From Mobula hypostoma (lineage: Eukaryota), in contig NC_086109.1 in assembly GCF_963921235.1 (NCBI RefSeq), positions 25,794,001 to 25,854,000 on the forward strand: a DNA stretch of 60,000 bases, given 5' to 3'. Positions 26,059-38,741 of the stretch are shown here, piece by piece. Under the pieces are notes generated by a model, which searched no databases, was not told where the DNA came from, and was given only the letters and a program-made list of their open reading frames with translations. A program made the position numbers and the translations under genes. The stretch's first letter is position 1. The number at the start of each line of letters is the position of its first letter.

Positions 26059-27517
26059 CTAAAAAAAAAACAATAATCTTTATTGAAGACAAAAGCTCCC
26101 AAAATAGTCCTCTTCAGATAACTGATATTTTAGAAATAAAAAGCTTTAGTAATTACGTCAACCACAATTGGTAAGGCGATGAATTTCTAACAGGTTTTTG
26201 GAGGCCAGCAGCAATATTACCTTAAGTATTAAGTGCAAAGTACATTTATTATCAAAGTATTTATACTATATACAACCCTGAGATTCATAGGTAAAGAAAC
26301 CCAATGGAACATCAAGCTGAGTACCAGCCCGTCCCACTCCTCCGCCCGACAGCCTGACCTTTTCAATCATGCCTGGAGGTTAAACAGGCCAAACAGCAGG
26401 TGGCTCATTGCCCTGCCTCTTCAATACGTTCTCAGGCCTGGGACCTGCTGCCTTGATTTGGTTCGTATGTAATAAAATAGAATGTCCACATGTCCTGCAG
26501 TTCAGTAATGAAATGGCTTAAACATTTTGCATGCAAGTTAAAATTACCATAAGGATATGTAGTATATTCTGTCATTCTTTTTCTAAATCCTCCGCAGGAA
26601 GCCCTCTATAGCCTAAGGGAGTCTAATTTTAATTTTCCCCACTGCAAATGGATAACATTGTTTTGCATATAGTTTTATAAAGGTACAATGCACAGCTATT
26701 CTCCTAAATTGGTAGATCTAAAATCAGGTTTGCTGCCTCAATTCAAAATTATACTATCGTCATGCTGAAAAGGGATGGGGGATTGCAAAGCAAATCAAGA
26801 ACTAAGTGTGTATCTTGTGTATAGCTCAGCAATGAAGCAACCTAGAAGCCTGACATATTGTACGCCCCCAAGTTGAATTCTGCATAAGGATGTGTACACT
26901 GTGCCTTCAGTTTTTTTTTTAAAAAAGTGTCTTCAGTTTTTCTAAAACCCCTTCGGGAGGCCCTCCAATGTCAAACTAATGTTAGCTTTCCTTATTGAAA
27001 ATTAATGTTTTTTTTTTAAAGACACTTTTGAGATACTACAAATCTGTACTTTGACCAGATTCACGTACTTTTGGTCTGCCTGAACCACAAAGAGAGACTG
27101 AAAATTTGTGCAATGGCTTTCTGAGGGAGACGAGATACAACTTAAAACCAGTCAGACGAATACAGTGGATTCTGGCTAATTTGGCCATCAGTTAATCAGG
27201 GCAGCTTATTTGGGACAACTCTTAAGAGCAAAAATGAATTGAGAAAATAGCTGGGATTCCCTTCGTTTAATTAGGACACTATGTTTCCTAATTGGGGCAG
27301 AAGACTGTTGCCGAAGTGTGTCTAACTAGCATCAGATGTATGCTCCTGAGTGGCCGTTACACACTACACCATGCTTAGAGTGAATTGTTTTTATATAGCG
27401 TCAGTTAGTTGTGCTTGTGTTTAAAAAGTAGTGACTTTTGTCACTGATAGTTGGTGAGATACAAGCTGTAAGACAATTCAGAACCGTTTTGCTCATAGGC
27501 TTGAAAGCAGTGAGTTA

Positions 27518-30500
27518 GATGGTGGGGTTAAGATGGCGCCAAGTGTTTGCCTCTTTAAGCTCATCTGCAGAAACAGCTTAAATTCCTTTCTTCAATGTCT
27601 CTTTTTTCGCTTTTCAAGGTGTTTGGAGTTCTATGGAGGTCCTAACCTGCAATGGCACTCAAACTGCGTTTTTATTAAAACAGCAGATTAACTTGCATTC
27701 CTGGAGCTCACCAGTCAACCATTTTCCAGGCACAGCTTGGAAGATGCCACCTCCGGGATGTTGTTGTTGTTCGTCCTTCGTAGTCGAAGATGACCATGGC
27801 TTCAAAGTCAAATGGGAGATTGGTGGCTGTGGGTCCGGAGGTGACTGATGAGGCCAATCCGGGCCCTGAAGGCTCGCCCACATGTGGGACACAAGTGGGT
27901 GGGTGCTGTCGTGGCAGTGGATGCCGCTCGGGCCTAGCACACAACATGCTTTCGTTGCGCCTCGATGATGCGCCTGACTTCAGCTGCACGGGCTCCTGTG
28001 GTGATCTTGCTGCGCCAAGCTGGACGGTTGAGGGCAAGTGTCTCCCACATGTTGATGTCGACACCCAGGCCTTTGAGGGACGCTTTCAGGCAGTTTTTGT
28101 AACGTTTCTTCTGCCCCCTGACTGAGCGCTTGACCTGACACAGTTCTCCGTACAGCAGCTGCTTAGGCAATCGGCTGTCTGGCATTCTGACCACATGTCC
28201 AGCCCACCTGGCTTGGGCTTTCAGTAGGAGGGTGTAGACGCTGCAGAGCCCAGCTCGTTCCAGGATTTCCGTGTCCGGGACTTTGTCCTGCCACCTGATG
28301 TGGAGGAGTCTGCGGAGACAGCTCAGGTGAAAATGGTTGAGCTGTTTGGCGTGTCTGCTGTAGACAGTCCAGGTCTCACTGGCGTAAAGGAGGGTGGTAA
28401 GGACCTGGCTTTGGCAATCCTGTTGTTGACCTCAGCGTCTATGTTCACTGCGCGAGAGAGTATGCTGCCCAGGTAGGTGAAGCTGTCGGCTGCCTGGAGG
28501 TTCTGGCCCTTCACCTTGATGTGAAGGCTCCTGGTATGGCTTTCCTGGGGCAGGCTGGTACATAACTTCGGTCTTTTTGGTGCTGATAGTGAGACCGAAG
28601 TTGTCGCAGGCTTGTGAGAAGCAGTCCATTTCACGCTGCATCTCCTGCTCTGTGCTGGCGTTGAGTGCGCAGTCATCAGCAAACAAGTTTCTGATGACAG
28701 TCTCTCGCACCTTTGTAACTGCCTGCAGGCGCCTAAGGTTGAACAACCTGCCGTCAGTCCTGTATCTGACGTGGATTCCTTCTTCGTAGTTATGGAAGGC
28801 ATCTGTCAGCATGGCAGAGAATACCATACTGAACAGAGTCGGGGTAAGAACACAGCCTTGTTTGACACCATTTGTCACTGGGAAGGCCTCCGACTCGTCG
28901 CCGTCATCCAGAACTTTCACCATCATACCGTCGTGGAGCTGCCGGACGATTGTGATGAACTTGCTGGGGCAGCCAAACTTCTCCATGATCTTCCACAAGC
29001 CTTCTCTGCTGACCGTATCGAAAGCCTTGGTTAGATCAACAAAGGTCACGAAGAGGTTGCTGTGTTGCTCCTGGCATTTTTCCTGGAGTTGGCGCGCAGC
29101 AAAAATCATGTCCGCGGTCCCACGTTCAGCACGGAAGCTGCACTGGCTTTCTGGGAGCAGACCTTGCTCAAGATGTTGGAGAAGGCGGTTGAGCAGGACG
29201 CGGGCCAGAATCTTCCCCGCAATGGACAAGAGGGAGATGCCTCGGTGGTTGTCGCAAGACTGGCGGTTGCCTTTCCTCTTGTAGATGTGGACTATGCTGG
29301 CATCTTTCAGCTGTTGCGGGACCTGTCCCTTTTTCCACATGGACTGGAAGAGTACAGTCAGCTTTTGCATCATGACAGGGCCTCCTGCTTTGTATACCTC
29401 AGCAGGGATTGCATCGGGTCCTGGCGCTTTGCCACAGGAGAGTTGCTTCACTGCCTTCCTCACTTCATCTACTGTGGGGAGGGTGTCGAGGTTCTTGTTG
29501 ATCTCTACCTGGGGCAGGCGGGCAATGGCTTCGTCGTTGATGTCGGCAGGGCGGTTAAGGACGTTGTTAAAGTGCTCAGCCCACCGATCCAGAATCTGCT
29601 TCTTCTCTGTCAGCAGCTGCGTCTCATCTGCGTTGAGGAGGGGTGAGGAGCCGGAGGACTGGGGTCCGTATACAGCCTTAAGCGCATCGTAGAAGCTCTT
29701 TATGTCGTGGCTGTCTGCATAGCCCTGGATTTCATCAGCCTTCCTGCTGAACCAGCTATCCTGCATCTCGAAGCTTTTTCTGCACCTTTCTTCTTGCATT
29801 GGTAAAGGCATCTTTCTTGGCTAGCGACGTGGGGTCGTTCTGATGCACTCTGTAATGTTGATGTTTCTCCGTTAGTAGTGCCTGTATTTCTTCATCATTC
29901 TCATCGAAACAGTCTTGGTTTCTTCGGGTTGCTGGTCCGAGATGTTCGAGGGCGGTAGTGTAGACAGCGTCTCTGAAGGCTGTCCACTGTTCCTCAATGC
30001 TGGTCCCGTCTTCCTGTGGTGTGTCTGGCAGTCTGCCTTCAAGGTCATCGACGAATTCTTCTGCAACCCTGCTGCTTTTCAGCTTGGAGACATTCAACCT
30101 CTTTGCAGTCTTCTGCCCTTGGGGTCTTCTCATGGGCAGAATGCGAAGCCTGAACTTGGACACAATGAGGCGGTGGTCAGTCCAGCAGTCGGCACCACAC
30201 ATGGCTCTCGTCACTCTGACATCCATCCTGTCCCTCTTCCTGGTGATGATGTAGTCAATCAGACGCCAGTGCTTCGAGCGTGGGTGCATCCATGACGTCT
30301 TCTTACGGGTGGGTAAGCGGAACAGGGTGTTGGTGATGACAAGGTCGTGTGTGGCACATGTCTTGAGGAGCAGAAGGCTGTTGCTGTTACACTTGCCAGT
30401 GCTGTGTCTTCCAATGATCCCTTCCCAGGTTTGGTAGTCTGTCCCTACTCTGGCATTGAAGCCCCCGAGAACGATGAGCTTCTCTGACTGTGGGATTACT

Positions 30501-32010
30501 GAGATGAGGGCGTCGAGTTCTTCATAGAACTTGTCTTTAATGTCATCTAGGTTGGTCATGGTGGGAGCGTAGGCACTAATCAGCATAGCATTCATTCTTC
30601 TTGTTTGCAAGCGGGAGCTGAAGTGTCATCAGGCAGTCGTTGATGCTCTCTGGGTGCTTGGTGAGTTTACGGGCGAGGTTAGAATTGATGGCAAATCCCA
30701 CGCCTGCTTCTTGTCGTTCAGCGCTGCTGCAACCGCTCCAGAAGAACGTGTATCCACCACTACGTTCTGTCAGCTGGCCCTTGTCTGCTAGGCGAGTTTC
30801 GCTGACAGCTAGCTCTTTTGCAACCAGTGCAGTTCTTCTCTCTGGTCTGTCTGCCTTGATGTTATCTCGCAGAGTTCTCACGTTCCATGTGCCAAGGTTG
30901 AGCACCATCACTTTCTTCCGCGTTGGGTTTGAAGTCATGACTTGCGCTTGACTTGGATTAAAGTGAGGGAGAGTTGCGCAGGTCGTCAGCCTCACTCTCT
31001 CGTCCCGGCCTATCTGGACCCAGTGGCAAGACATAGTCGAGACGGCTGGAGATAGGTCAGGATGCAGTGGATGGCCAGCAGTGTTCTGTGTGTCTCACTG
31101 TGCCCTCTTAGCGCTCCACGACACATTGCTGAGAATCGCCTTTCTGCCCGTTGAACCAGTGATGGTTTCTTCCGCGCAGTCCGCCAAATCCAGGCTTCAC
31201 ACGCTATGTAAACAAGCCCTGAGTGTTGTGGGTCTACAGCAGTTCTTGTGGCGTGCTCGCAAGCCTCCCTACCCATTGTTGGACATCCTCATCCGCCTTT
31301 GCAGCCGTTGGGAGATGTCTGCTCTTCCGCCTGCTCCGCTGTTGGGATGATCATCACCTAGTGGTGTGGTAATGACACCACCCCCTCAATTGCATCGCCT
31401 CCGGGATACAGCTCTGTGGACAACCGATTCCAGGGCGGTGGTGCTGACTGAGGTGTCGCTGGAGAATGAGCAGCAGGATTTTGCTGTGGCTGATGTATGC
31501 ATGGAGGTCTCTGCAGTCAAGTGATCAGTTTCTCTCTCTTGATGGTGGGGAGAGTTTGCTGCCGATTCTCGAGTCGGAAATTTTGGAATAAAAATCGATG
31601 CGGCAGAATGTAATATCGTAACAGTGACTATCAGTCTCCCCTCTTACTGTGAAATGAGTGATATCTCTCTGTCTCTTGTCAGTGAAAGAGAGAGCCCGTG
31701 GCATGTCAAACTGTCAGGTAAGCAGTAGTGCTTGCTGACTGCAGATCATGGTCTCTCTTTGAGTGCTTTGCTATTGCTTGTTGGGTGGTGAGTGCCGAAG
31801 CTTTTTGCTGAAACTGGAGGGGAGGAGGGAGAGGTTGATGTGTTGATGCTTGCTGCTGCTTGTGCGGGGGAAGCGGGGAGGGGGCTTTGGGATTCTAACA
31901 TTTTTCTGTCGTTACTTTGGGGTTCTTCAGTTTTTCATGGATGTCTGTGAAGACAAGTATCTCAGGTTGTATACTGTATACATTATCTGATAATAAACAG
32001 AACCATTTGA
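27518..32010 (+). mobile_element. Non-autonomous retroelement-like repeat (~850 bp) split by the RTE
   Basis: AAGATGGCG head at 27530; tail CTCAGGTTGTATACTG...GATAATAAAC...TTTGAA; the halves join at the RTE TSD. Confidence 0.5.
27760..31397 (-). mobile_element. Full-length RTE-clade LINE (single APE-RT ORF ~30938-27808, frameshifted)
   Basis: TSD CCTCCGGGAT (27750-27759, 31398-31407); GTWNVRTL, SAYAPT, TDHRL, DLTKAFDTV, GVKQGCVL, LFADD; C-terminal C2H2 finger CPTCGRAFRARIGLISHLRTH; (ACA)n tail. Confidence 0.95.
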
Positions 32011-32890
32011 AATGCCAGAAATGGCCAGCAGTGAAAATTCACCCCTTCAAATTCTTCATAGTTTCTAACTTATTGAAGGTTATCGATATTCATCTTGAAT
32101 GTTACAATGAAAAATGAACATTTGGTGGAATTAATCATCAATAGCATTATGTAAAGGAAGTCCATTATCTACATGTTTACGCTGATTTTGTTTACTTACA
32201 GTCAATCAAAAGAATGTGGCAGTGTACATTGAATGAACTCATCTGTCAATAATTATGAACTAATACAGTTTTATAGTACAGTAGTAGTATTAATAGTGTT
32301 CTAATTTGTTCTGTATTTCATTTAAGGACACAATTTGTTAGTTACAGTAAATGGTAATTTGTCTTTTATACCTTTTTAATTACTTCCGTGAAACTTTGGC
32401 TAACTGGGCAGCTGCTTAATTGGGCCAAAATATACTGGTCCTGATGTGCCCCAATTAACCGGAAGCCACTGTACAGGTGAGAGAAGGAACTGTTCAGTGA
32501 GATGCCAAAGAAATGTTTGAGATACCATTCTGAAGGATGTTTTCAATAGCCAAGGAATTTTTATTATACTTCTGGTGTAATGGGAAAAGCTTTCCTTATT
32601 AACCTACTTTTGGATAATTGCCCTGGCCATGCACCGTCAAGCACTGCTTCAACACTTATGACAGGGCAGAGCTGCCACTGGGACTGTAAATTTGACCAAT
32701 GCAGAGCCTCCAATAGGTAAAACTGGTTGAGAAACAACAGAAGCAAAAATTACAAAAGACTGTAAACTTATTGTCTGAGGTGAAATTTCAATGGAGTACA
32801 AAACAGCCATGGAACTATTAAATCACTGCTTTTATGATGAGAGAACTATAAATTACTTCTAATTATACAATTGACTTCCACAATACCTAC

Positions 32891-32995
32891 CATGGTCCTG
32901 GAATGTTTCCATTTGGTCAACTTATTGAGAATTCGAAGAAGGTTAATACAAGAAAAGAGGTTCCGCCAGCAGAACTGGTTGTTATCACCTGCTTC
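32891..32995 (-). CDS. STRIP1: STRIP1 coding exon
   Basis: ttag|GAA GCA GGT...ACC ATG|gtaggt; EAGDNNQFCWRNLFSCINLLRILNKLTKWKHSRTM; 105 nt. Confidence 0.95.
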
Positions 32996-33429
32996 CTAAG
33001 TGGTACAAAAAGATATGAATTTTAAGGATCTTCTGCCATTAAAGAAATAATGTTACATTAACCAGCAGAGAATAGTAATCTGTTGTTTTTTTTTTAAAGT
33101 TGTGGTAGTTCTGTAAAATATATTATTACACACAGGCATTGTAACTATATATAATAATAAAAAAACACCATTTCCTTGATTATAACATTTCTCTGGCAGA
33201 GCAGTCAGGAGCTACTTTTTTAAGCAGTATGTGGACAGATACATGAATAGGCAAGGAATGCAGTAATGTAGATATGCTCAGACAGATGGGATTAGTTCAA
33301 ACTGGCATCAGTTACCACAGATCTCAGGGCCTGATCTTGTGCTATTCTGAAATATTGCTGCAGTATCTACTTAGTCTGGAAAAACACAATAGTAATCTTA
33401 TGGACACTCTAAAATTGTAGCAGACTCCA

Positions 33430-34285
33430 AAGGCTGGGTGGTGGGAGCAGATGTAGCCCTGGCCAAGGAATATGGAATTAGAGGTCAACATTTCAGAATA
33501 AGGGGTAGGACAATTTAAACATGACGAGAATGAAATTTGTTCATTCAGAGGGCGGCAACTCTGGAACTCTCTGCTTTCGAGTCTACAAAGCTCCACCATT
33601 GAATGTATTCAAAGCAGTGATTGGTACACTTCTGTACACTAAAGGAATCAACAAATGTGGGAATATCACAAAAACGTGGAGCTGAACCATGAAGTCAGAG
33701 GGTAATAGAGTAGAACACAAAGAATGCCCATCCATGGTGACTGGGATACCAATATAATCTAGTCCCATTTGCCAGAGTTTGGCTCATATTGCTCTAAACC
33801 TTTCCTATCCACTATTCGTCCAAAGGTCCTTTAAATTCAATGTTGCTGCCTCAACCACTCCCCGACAGCTTGTTCCATATACAAAACACCCACTGCATGA
33901 GAGTGTCCCTCTAGTCCCTTTTAAATTGTTCCCCTCTCACATTAAATCTACGCCTCCTAATATTTAACTCGATTTCCCTCGGAAGATAACTGCATACATT
34001 CAATCTATACCCTTTATGATTTTATACACTGCTCCAAGGGGCCCCTCAGTCTGCCCAAGTTTTATGGAATAAAGTTCTAACTTGCCCAGTCTCTCTCTAT
34101 AACTCAAGCACTCAAGTCCTGGTAAAATTCTCGTAAATCTTAAGCACTCTTTACAGCTTAATTATACACAACACTCCAAGTGCGAACTCACCGACTACAT
34201 TTGGAGCAGATCAGCTGTGATCGTGAAAAGTGAAACAGGCTCAAAAAACTATATGGACTACTGCCGCTTCTGAAGTTTGTATGTT
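33430..34285. mobile_element. Decayed CR1 3' fragments (plus-strand copy interrupted by a minus-strand copy at ~33760-34195)
   Basis: Degenerate matches to the 3' ORF2/UTR of the CR1 copies elsewhere in the window. Confidence 0.55.
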
Positions 34286-35381
34286 AATTAAAAATTACAG
34301 TTTGTGCAAAACTGAGCAAAAAGCTGATGACTGCACGTTTGTCAATGATAGGAATAATTTTAGACTTACACTTAAAGGTATTGTCACATAGTCAAAGTGA
34401 TTTGAGTGCCAACAAAGCTAGTGAGCATCGTCATAGATCTCTAATTTACTACTCAACTATTCATAAGATTTCCCAAAATTGTTTGAAACATCAGCTATTT
34501 TAAGTAGCTTTTTCCACAAGTTTCCCCAGCTATTAACCTGTTCCAATAATATACCATTTACTAGATGCATAAATTTTACAAAAAAATTAACCAAACATGT
34601 AATATAGAATATATTAATTCCCAATATTTAAGTCAATAATTTTAATGGATTATGAAGAATTTGTGAAGTTTCTCTATAGACGGATTCAGCTGTACTATCA
34701 ACTCACTTGCCTGTAGGATGCACTGGCCAGTGTCATGAAAATAGTTTTAAAAATGAAGTAAAACGGGGACAGAAATGGGTGACAAATAAAAGCTACATGC
34801 AACTGTAGTTAAAAAAAAAGAGGATTTTTGGGACTTCACTCTAGAAGCCATTTGGCTCAAAATAAATTTTGTTAATACTGTCCTGCAGCTATTGGCTGAA
34901 TAAAATAAAAATGACACATTCTGACTAACAGATTCACATTTGATCAGAAATTTATTTCCCAGGAGACAGCACAGTAAACTTGCTTTATATCCCATGTTTG
35001 AATGAATAAAATCCAATAAAGTACATACTGCCAGCATTTATCACTGTCTTAAAAAGTGACAGGTGTCCTTAAAAATATCCCAGTATTATATTCCTTCTAT
35101 TCATCCTGTGTCTCCTCGTTCATAGGAGGCAGTTGGTTTTAACCGATTCTGCACTAATGACCTTGAAAAGCAAAGAAATGCGGATGCTGAAAATACGAAA
35201 TCAAAACAAAAACCTCCATTTACTCAGCAGGTCATGACACTTCAATGGAGAAACAATCTGAATGAATGTTCTCAATTAGAATTGCATTTGCTTCTCCTGG
35301 AAGCTTGCTTTATCTGTAAACATCCTAATCATTGCAATCACACTTTGAAGATCATGATAAACAACAACAGATCGTATTATT

Positions 35382-36620
35382 TAGAAACACAGAAAATAGG
35401 TGCAGGAGTAAGCCATTCGGCCCTTCGAGCCTGCACCGCCATTCAGTATGATCATGGCTGATCAACCAACTCAGAACCATGTACCAGCCATCCCCCCATA
35501 CCCCCTGATCCCTTTAGCCACAAGGGCCATATCTAACTCCCTCTTAAATATAGCCAATGAACTGGCCTCAACTGTTTCCTGTGGCAGAGAATTCCACAGA
35601 TTCACCACTCTCTGTGTGGAGAAGTTTTTCCTAATCTCGGTCCTAAAAGGCTTCCCCTTTATCCTCAAACTGCGACTCCTCGTTCTGGACTTCCCCAACA
35701 TCGGGAACAATCTTCCTGCATCTAGCCTGTCCAATCCCTTTAGGATTTTATATGTTTCAATAAGATCCCCCCTCAATCTTCTAAATTCCAATGAGTATAA
35801 GCCTAGTCGATCCAGTCTTTCATCATATGAAAGTCCTGCTGTCCCAGGAATCAATCTGGTTAACCTTCTTTGTACTCCCTCTATGGCAAGGATGTCTTTC
35901 CTCAGATTAGGGGACCAAAAACTGCACACAATACTCCAGGTGTGGTCTCACCAAGGCCTTGTACAACTGCAGTAGTACCTCCCTGCTCCTGTACTTGAAT
36001 CCTCTTGCTATGAATGCCAGCATACCATTCAACTTTTTCACCACCTGCTGTACCCGCATGCCCACTGTCAATGACTGGTGTATAATGACACCCAGGTCTC
36101 GTTGCACCTCCCCTTTTCCTAATCGGCCACCATTCAGATAATAATCTGTTTTTGTCACCAAAGTGGATAATCTCACATTTATCCACATTAAATTGCATCT
36201 GCCATGAATTTGCCCACTCACCTAACCTATCCAAGTCACCCTGCATCCTCTTAGCATCCTCCTCACAGCTAACACTGCCGCCCAGCTTCGTGTCATCCGC
36301 AAACTTGGAGATGCTGCATTCAATTCCTTCATCTAAGTCATTAATATATATTGTAAACAACTGGGGTCCCAGCACTGAGCCTTGCAGTACCCCACTAGTC
36401 ACCGCCTGCCATTCTGAAAAGGTCCTGTTTATTCCCACTCTTTGCTTCCTGTCTGCCAACCAATTCTCTACCCACATCAATACCTTACCCCCAATACCGT
36501 GTGCATTAAGTTTGCACACTAATCTCCTGTGTGGGTCCTTGTCAAAAGCCTTTTGAAAATCCAAATATACCACATCCACTGGTTCTCCCCTATCCACTGT
36601 ACTAGTTACATCGTCAAAAG
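35382..36620 (-). mobile_element. 5'-truncated young CR1 LINE (family B)
   Basis: Nearly identical to 3975-5215; DFQKAFDK, QGSVLGP, KFADDTK. Confidence 0.95.
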
Positions 36621-37100
36621 ATGTTACCAAAGACTCCAGCAAATTTCATAAGATACACAGTGGAGACCATTCTGACTGGCTGAATCAGACATGTATGGAT
36701 ACCCCAATGCACAGGATCACAAGTACACTCATCCAGCTCCATCACAGGCACAACACAGCCCTTCAAAGGAGATCTTCAAGAAGCAGTGCCTCAAGAAGGC
36801 ATTATCCATCATTAAGGACCTTCATCATCTGGAACCTGCCTTCTTCTCATCACTGTCATTGGGGAAGATTTACAGGGGTCTCAAGACTTACACGCAACTA
36901 CCTAGGAATAGCTTCCTCCTCCCAGTCATCAGATTTCTAAACGGTCCATGAACCCACGGACACAACCTCAGTATTCCTTCTTGTGCACGAGTTATTTACG
37001 TTGTAACTTATCACAATTTGCTGTCTTTTACTTGTACTGCTGCTATAAAGCAAATTTCACACCATGTAAGGCAGTAATAATAAATCTTACACTGATTCTA
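36621..37100 (+). mobile_element. Rex1/Babar-type LINE 3' fragment
   Basis: CLKKALSIIKDLHH...FSSLSLGKIYRGLK...RNSFLLPVIRFLN C-terminus; tail AATAAA...CTGATTCT. Confidence 0.7.
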
Positions 37101-37109
37101 ATTACTTAC

Positions 37110-37176
37110 CAAGCTCTCTGCAGTCAGTTCAGGTAGTTCATGTACAACACAGTAGGGAAAATCCAACACAGAAATA
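37110..37176 (-). CDS. STRIP1: STRIP1 coding exon
   Basis: gtag|T ATT TCT...AGC TTG|gtaagt; ISVLDFPYCVVHELPELTAESL; 67 nt. Confidence 0.94.
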
Positions 37177-37319
37177 CTACAAAAGTGTGGGTATAAATGC
37201 AGAAAATTAATAATAAACAAGTTTAAAATCAAATATCAATAAACATCCTTGTACTGATGACTATATGATGCATATGCACTGTTTGCCATGTTTCAGAATC
37301 CTTTTAAAGCTCTTGCTCA

Positions 37320-37670
37320 TGCAAGTCAATGTGGATTCAAGTTCCACTCCATAGACTTGAGGAGATATTCTCAACATTTCAATGAAATCCAAGAGAACAC
37401 AGAAATGGCAGGGATGTTTTCTTTGGGTAACTTTAAACCATAAACACTTACCACCTTAAATGGTCTGAAAAGAGTAAGAGGTTCCACAAGTACTTAATCC
37501 ACTAAGTATCTATCAACCAAGTAAATTTTCTTAAGTTTCTTTCATTCCTTTGTGGAATCTTTTGGATGAATGCTACCTATATTATAATAGAGTCTTATAC
37601 CAAAGACACTTCATTGCTCTTGAAGCACTTATGGACATTAAAATGTCATAAAAAGGCTACAGAATTTTTT
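37320..37670 (+). mobile_element. Ancient Deu-SINE/SacSINE1-like relic with L2-type tail
   Basis: B-box GGATTCAAGTTCCACTCC-AGACTTGAG; tail GAAGCACTTATGGACA...AAAAGGCTACAG. Confidence 0.45.
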
Positions 37671-38640
37671 TTTTCATGATTACCAGGCATAATAGGCCAT
37701 AAATCAACTACAATGTTTAAGCATTTTCAATCTTATTCAACCACAAAAATATATAGATGCTAACAGCCATTTATGCTAAGCCATCCAATCAGAAATACAT
37801 CTCTGTCACGCACCCCTGTACCAGTAACAGTTATACCTTTTTGTTAAGATCCATGCTGCAAAAGTTGTTAGGAATACCAAATAATTGAACAATAATGTGG
37901 TATTTATTTTTCTTTAGAACAGTGCTACTTAAAATGAGGTAAAACGATTAGGAACACGTCTGAACTTCCAGTCTGGAGAAGGAGGGGTAAATATCTGAAA
38001 GCAGTTTTTATCCTGAGGTCTGATCCAATCGTGCTAACATTCCAATAACCACTGTTCAATTTCATGGCAACAATCAGAAAGGATTATTCCCCCACAAGGT
38101 GCATCGTGCCATAGTCAATGCATATTTTCAGCAGGACTGATGAACTGCAACTTGGTCCTAAGTCTGCAACACTCTTCAATGATTAAAGAGTTCCCTAAAT
38201 ACCACCTTGGCACAACTAGCTTTATCTGCATAAGCCAGCAATTAAATTGCAAAAATTTTATCCCCTTTTATTCTATTATGCTGCTCAAAATACTGAACTA
38301 GGATAATCTACAAGTTATTGTTGTGCATAAAAACAGATTTACAAAGGAAATTTTTTATGAGACATATTTAGTTGGTATATTAATCCAGAGTGCCATTTAA
38401 TCTTAGAATACCAGTCTGCCACATTCATCTCCAGATCAGTTACCTATTTTGACCAAGATTACAGGAGGATCTGCTTAAAAAACTGAAGAAGCCAACAACA
38501 TTTTAGATGAGCACAAATAACTCAATTGCTGATGAGAATAGACAACTCACTATGCAATTTGTTGGATAATGATACAAGTTTTAGAATGATTATATTATAA
38601 TCCATGATATAAATATCACAAGGGTGTTCAGAGACCTTAC

Positions 38641-38741
38641 CTGTTCTTCGCTGTAATGTAGGACATAATATTCTGATTGAAGAACTTCAAAATAAGCGGG
38701 ATGCAGTTCGCAAAAACCAGATGCTGTGCCATGTACTCAAA
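38641..38741 (-). CDS. STRIP1: STRIP1 coding exon
   Basis: gcag|TTT GAG TAC...AAC AG|gtaagg; FEYMAQHLVFANCIPLILKFFNQNIMSYITAKN; 101 nt. Confidence 0.95.

Larger units (their letters stand above)
27163..32471. mobile_element. Tigger/pogo-like MITE split by nested insertions (own sequence ~27163-27515 and ~32010-32471)
   Basis: TA|CAGTGGATTCTGGCTAATT ... AATTAACCGGAAGCCACTG|TA; a second partial copy lies at ~44356-44610. Confidence 0.8.

Noticed and set aside
28577..30951. Long plus-strand ORFs over the RTE, and similar antisense ORFs over the CR1 copies
   Set aside because: Shadow ORFs of GC-rich LINE coding sequence with no independent motifs
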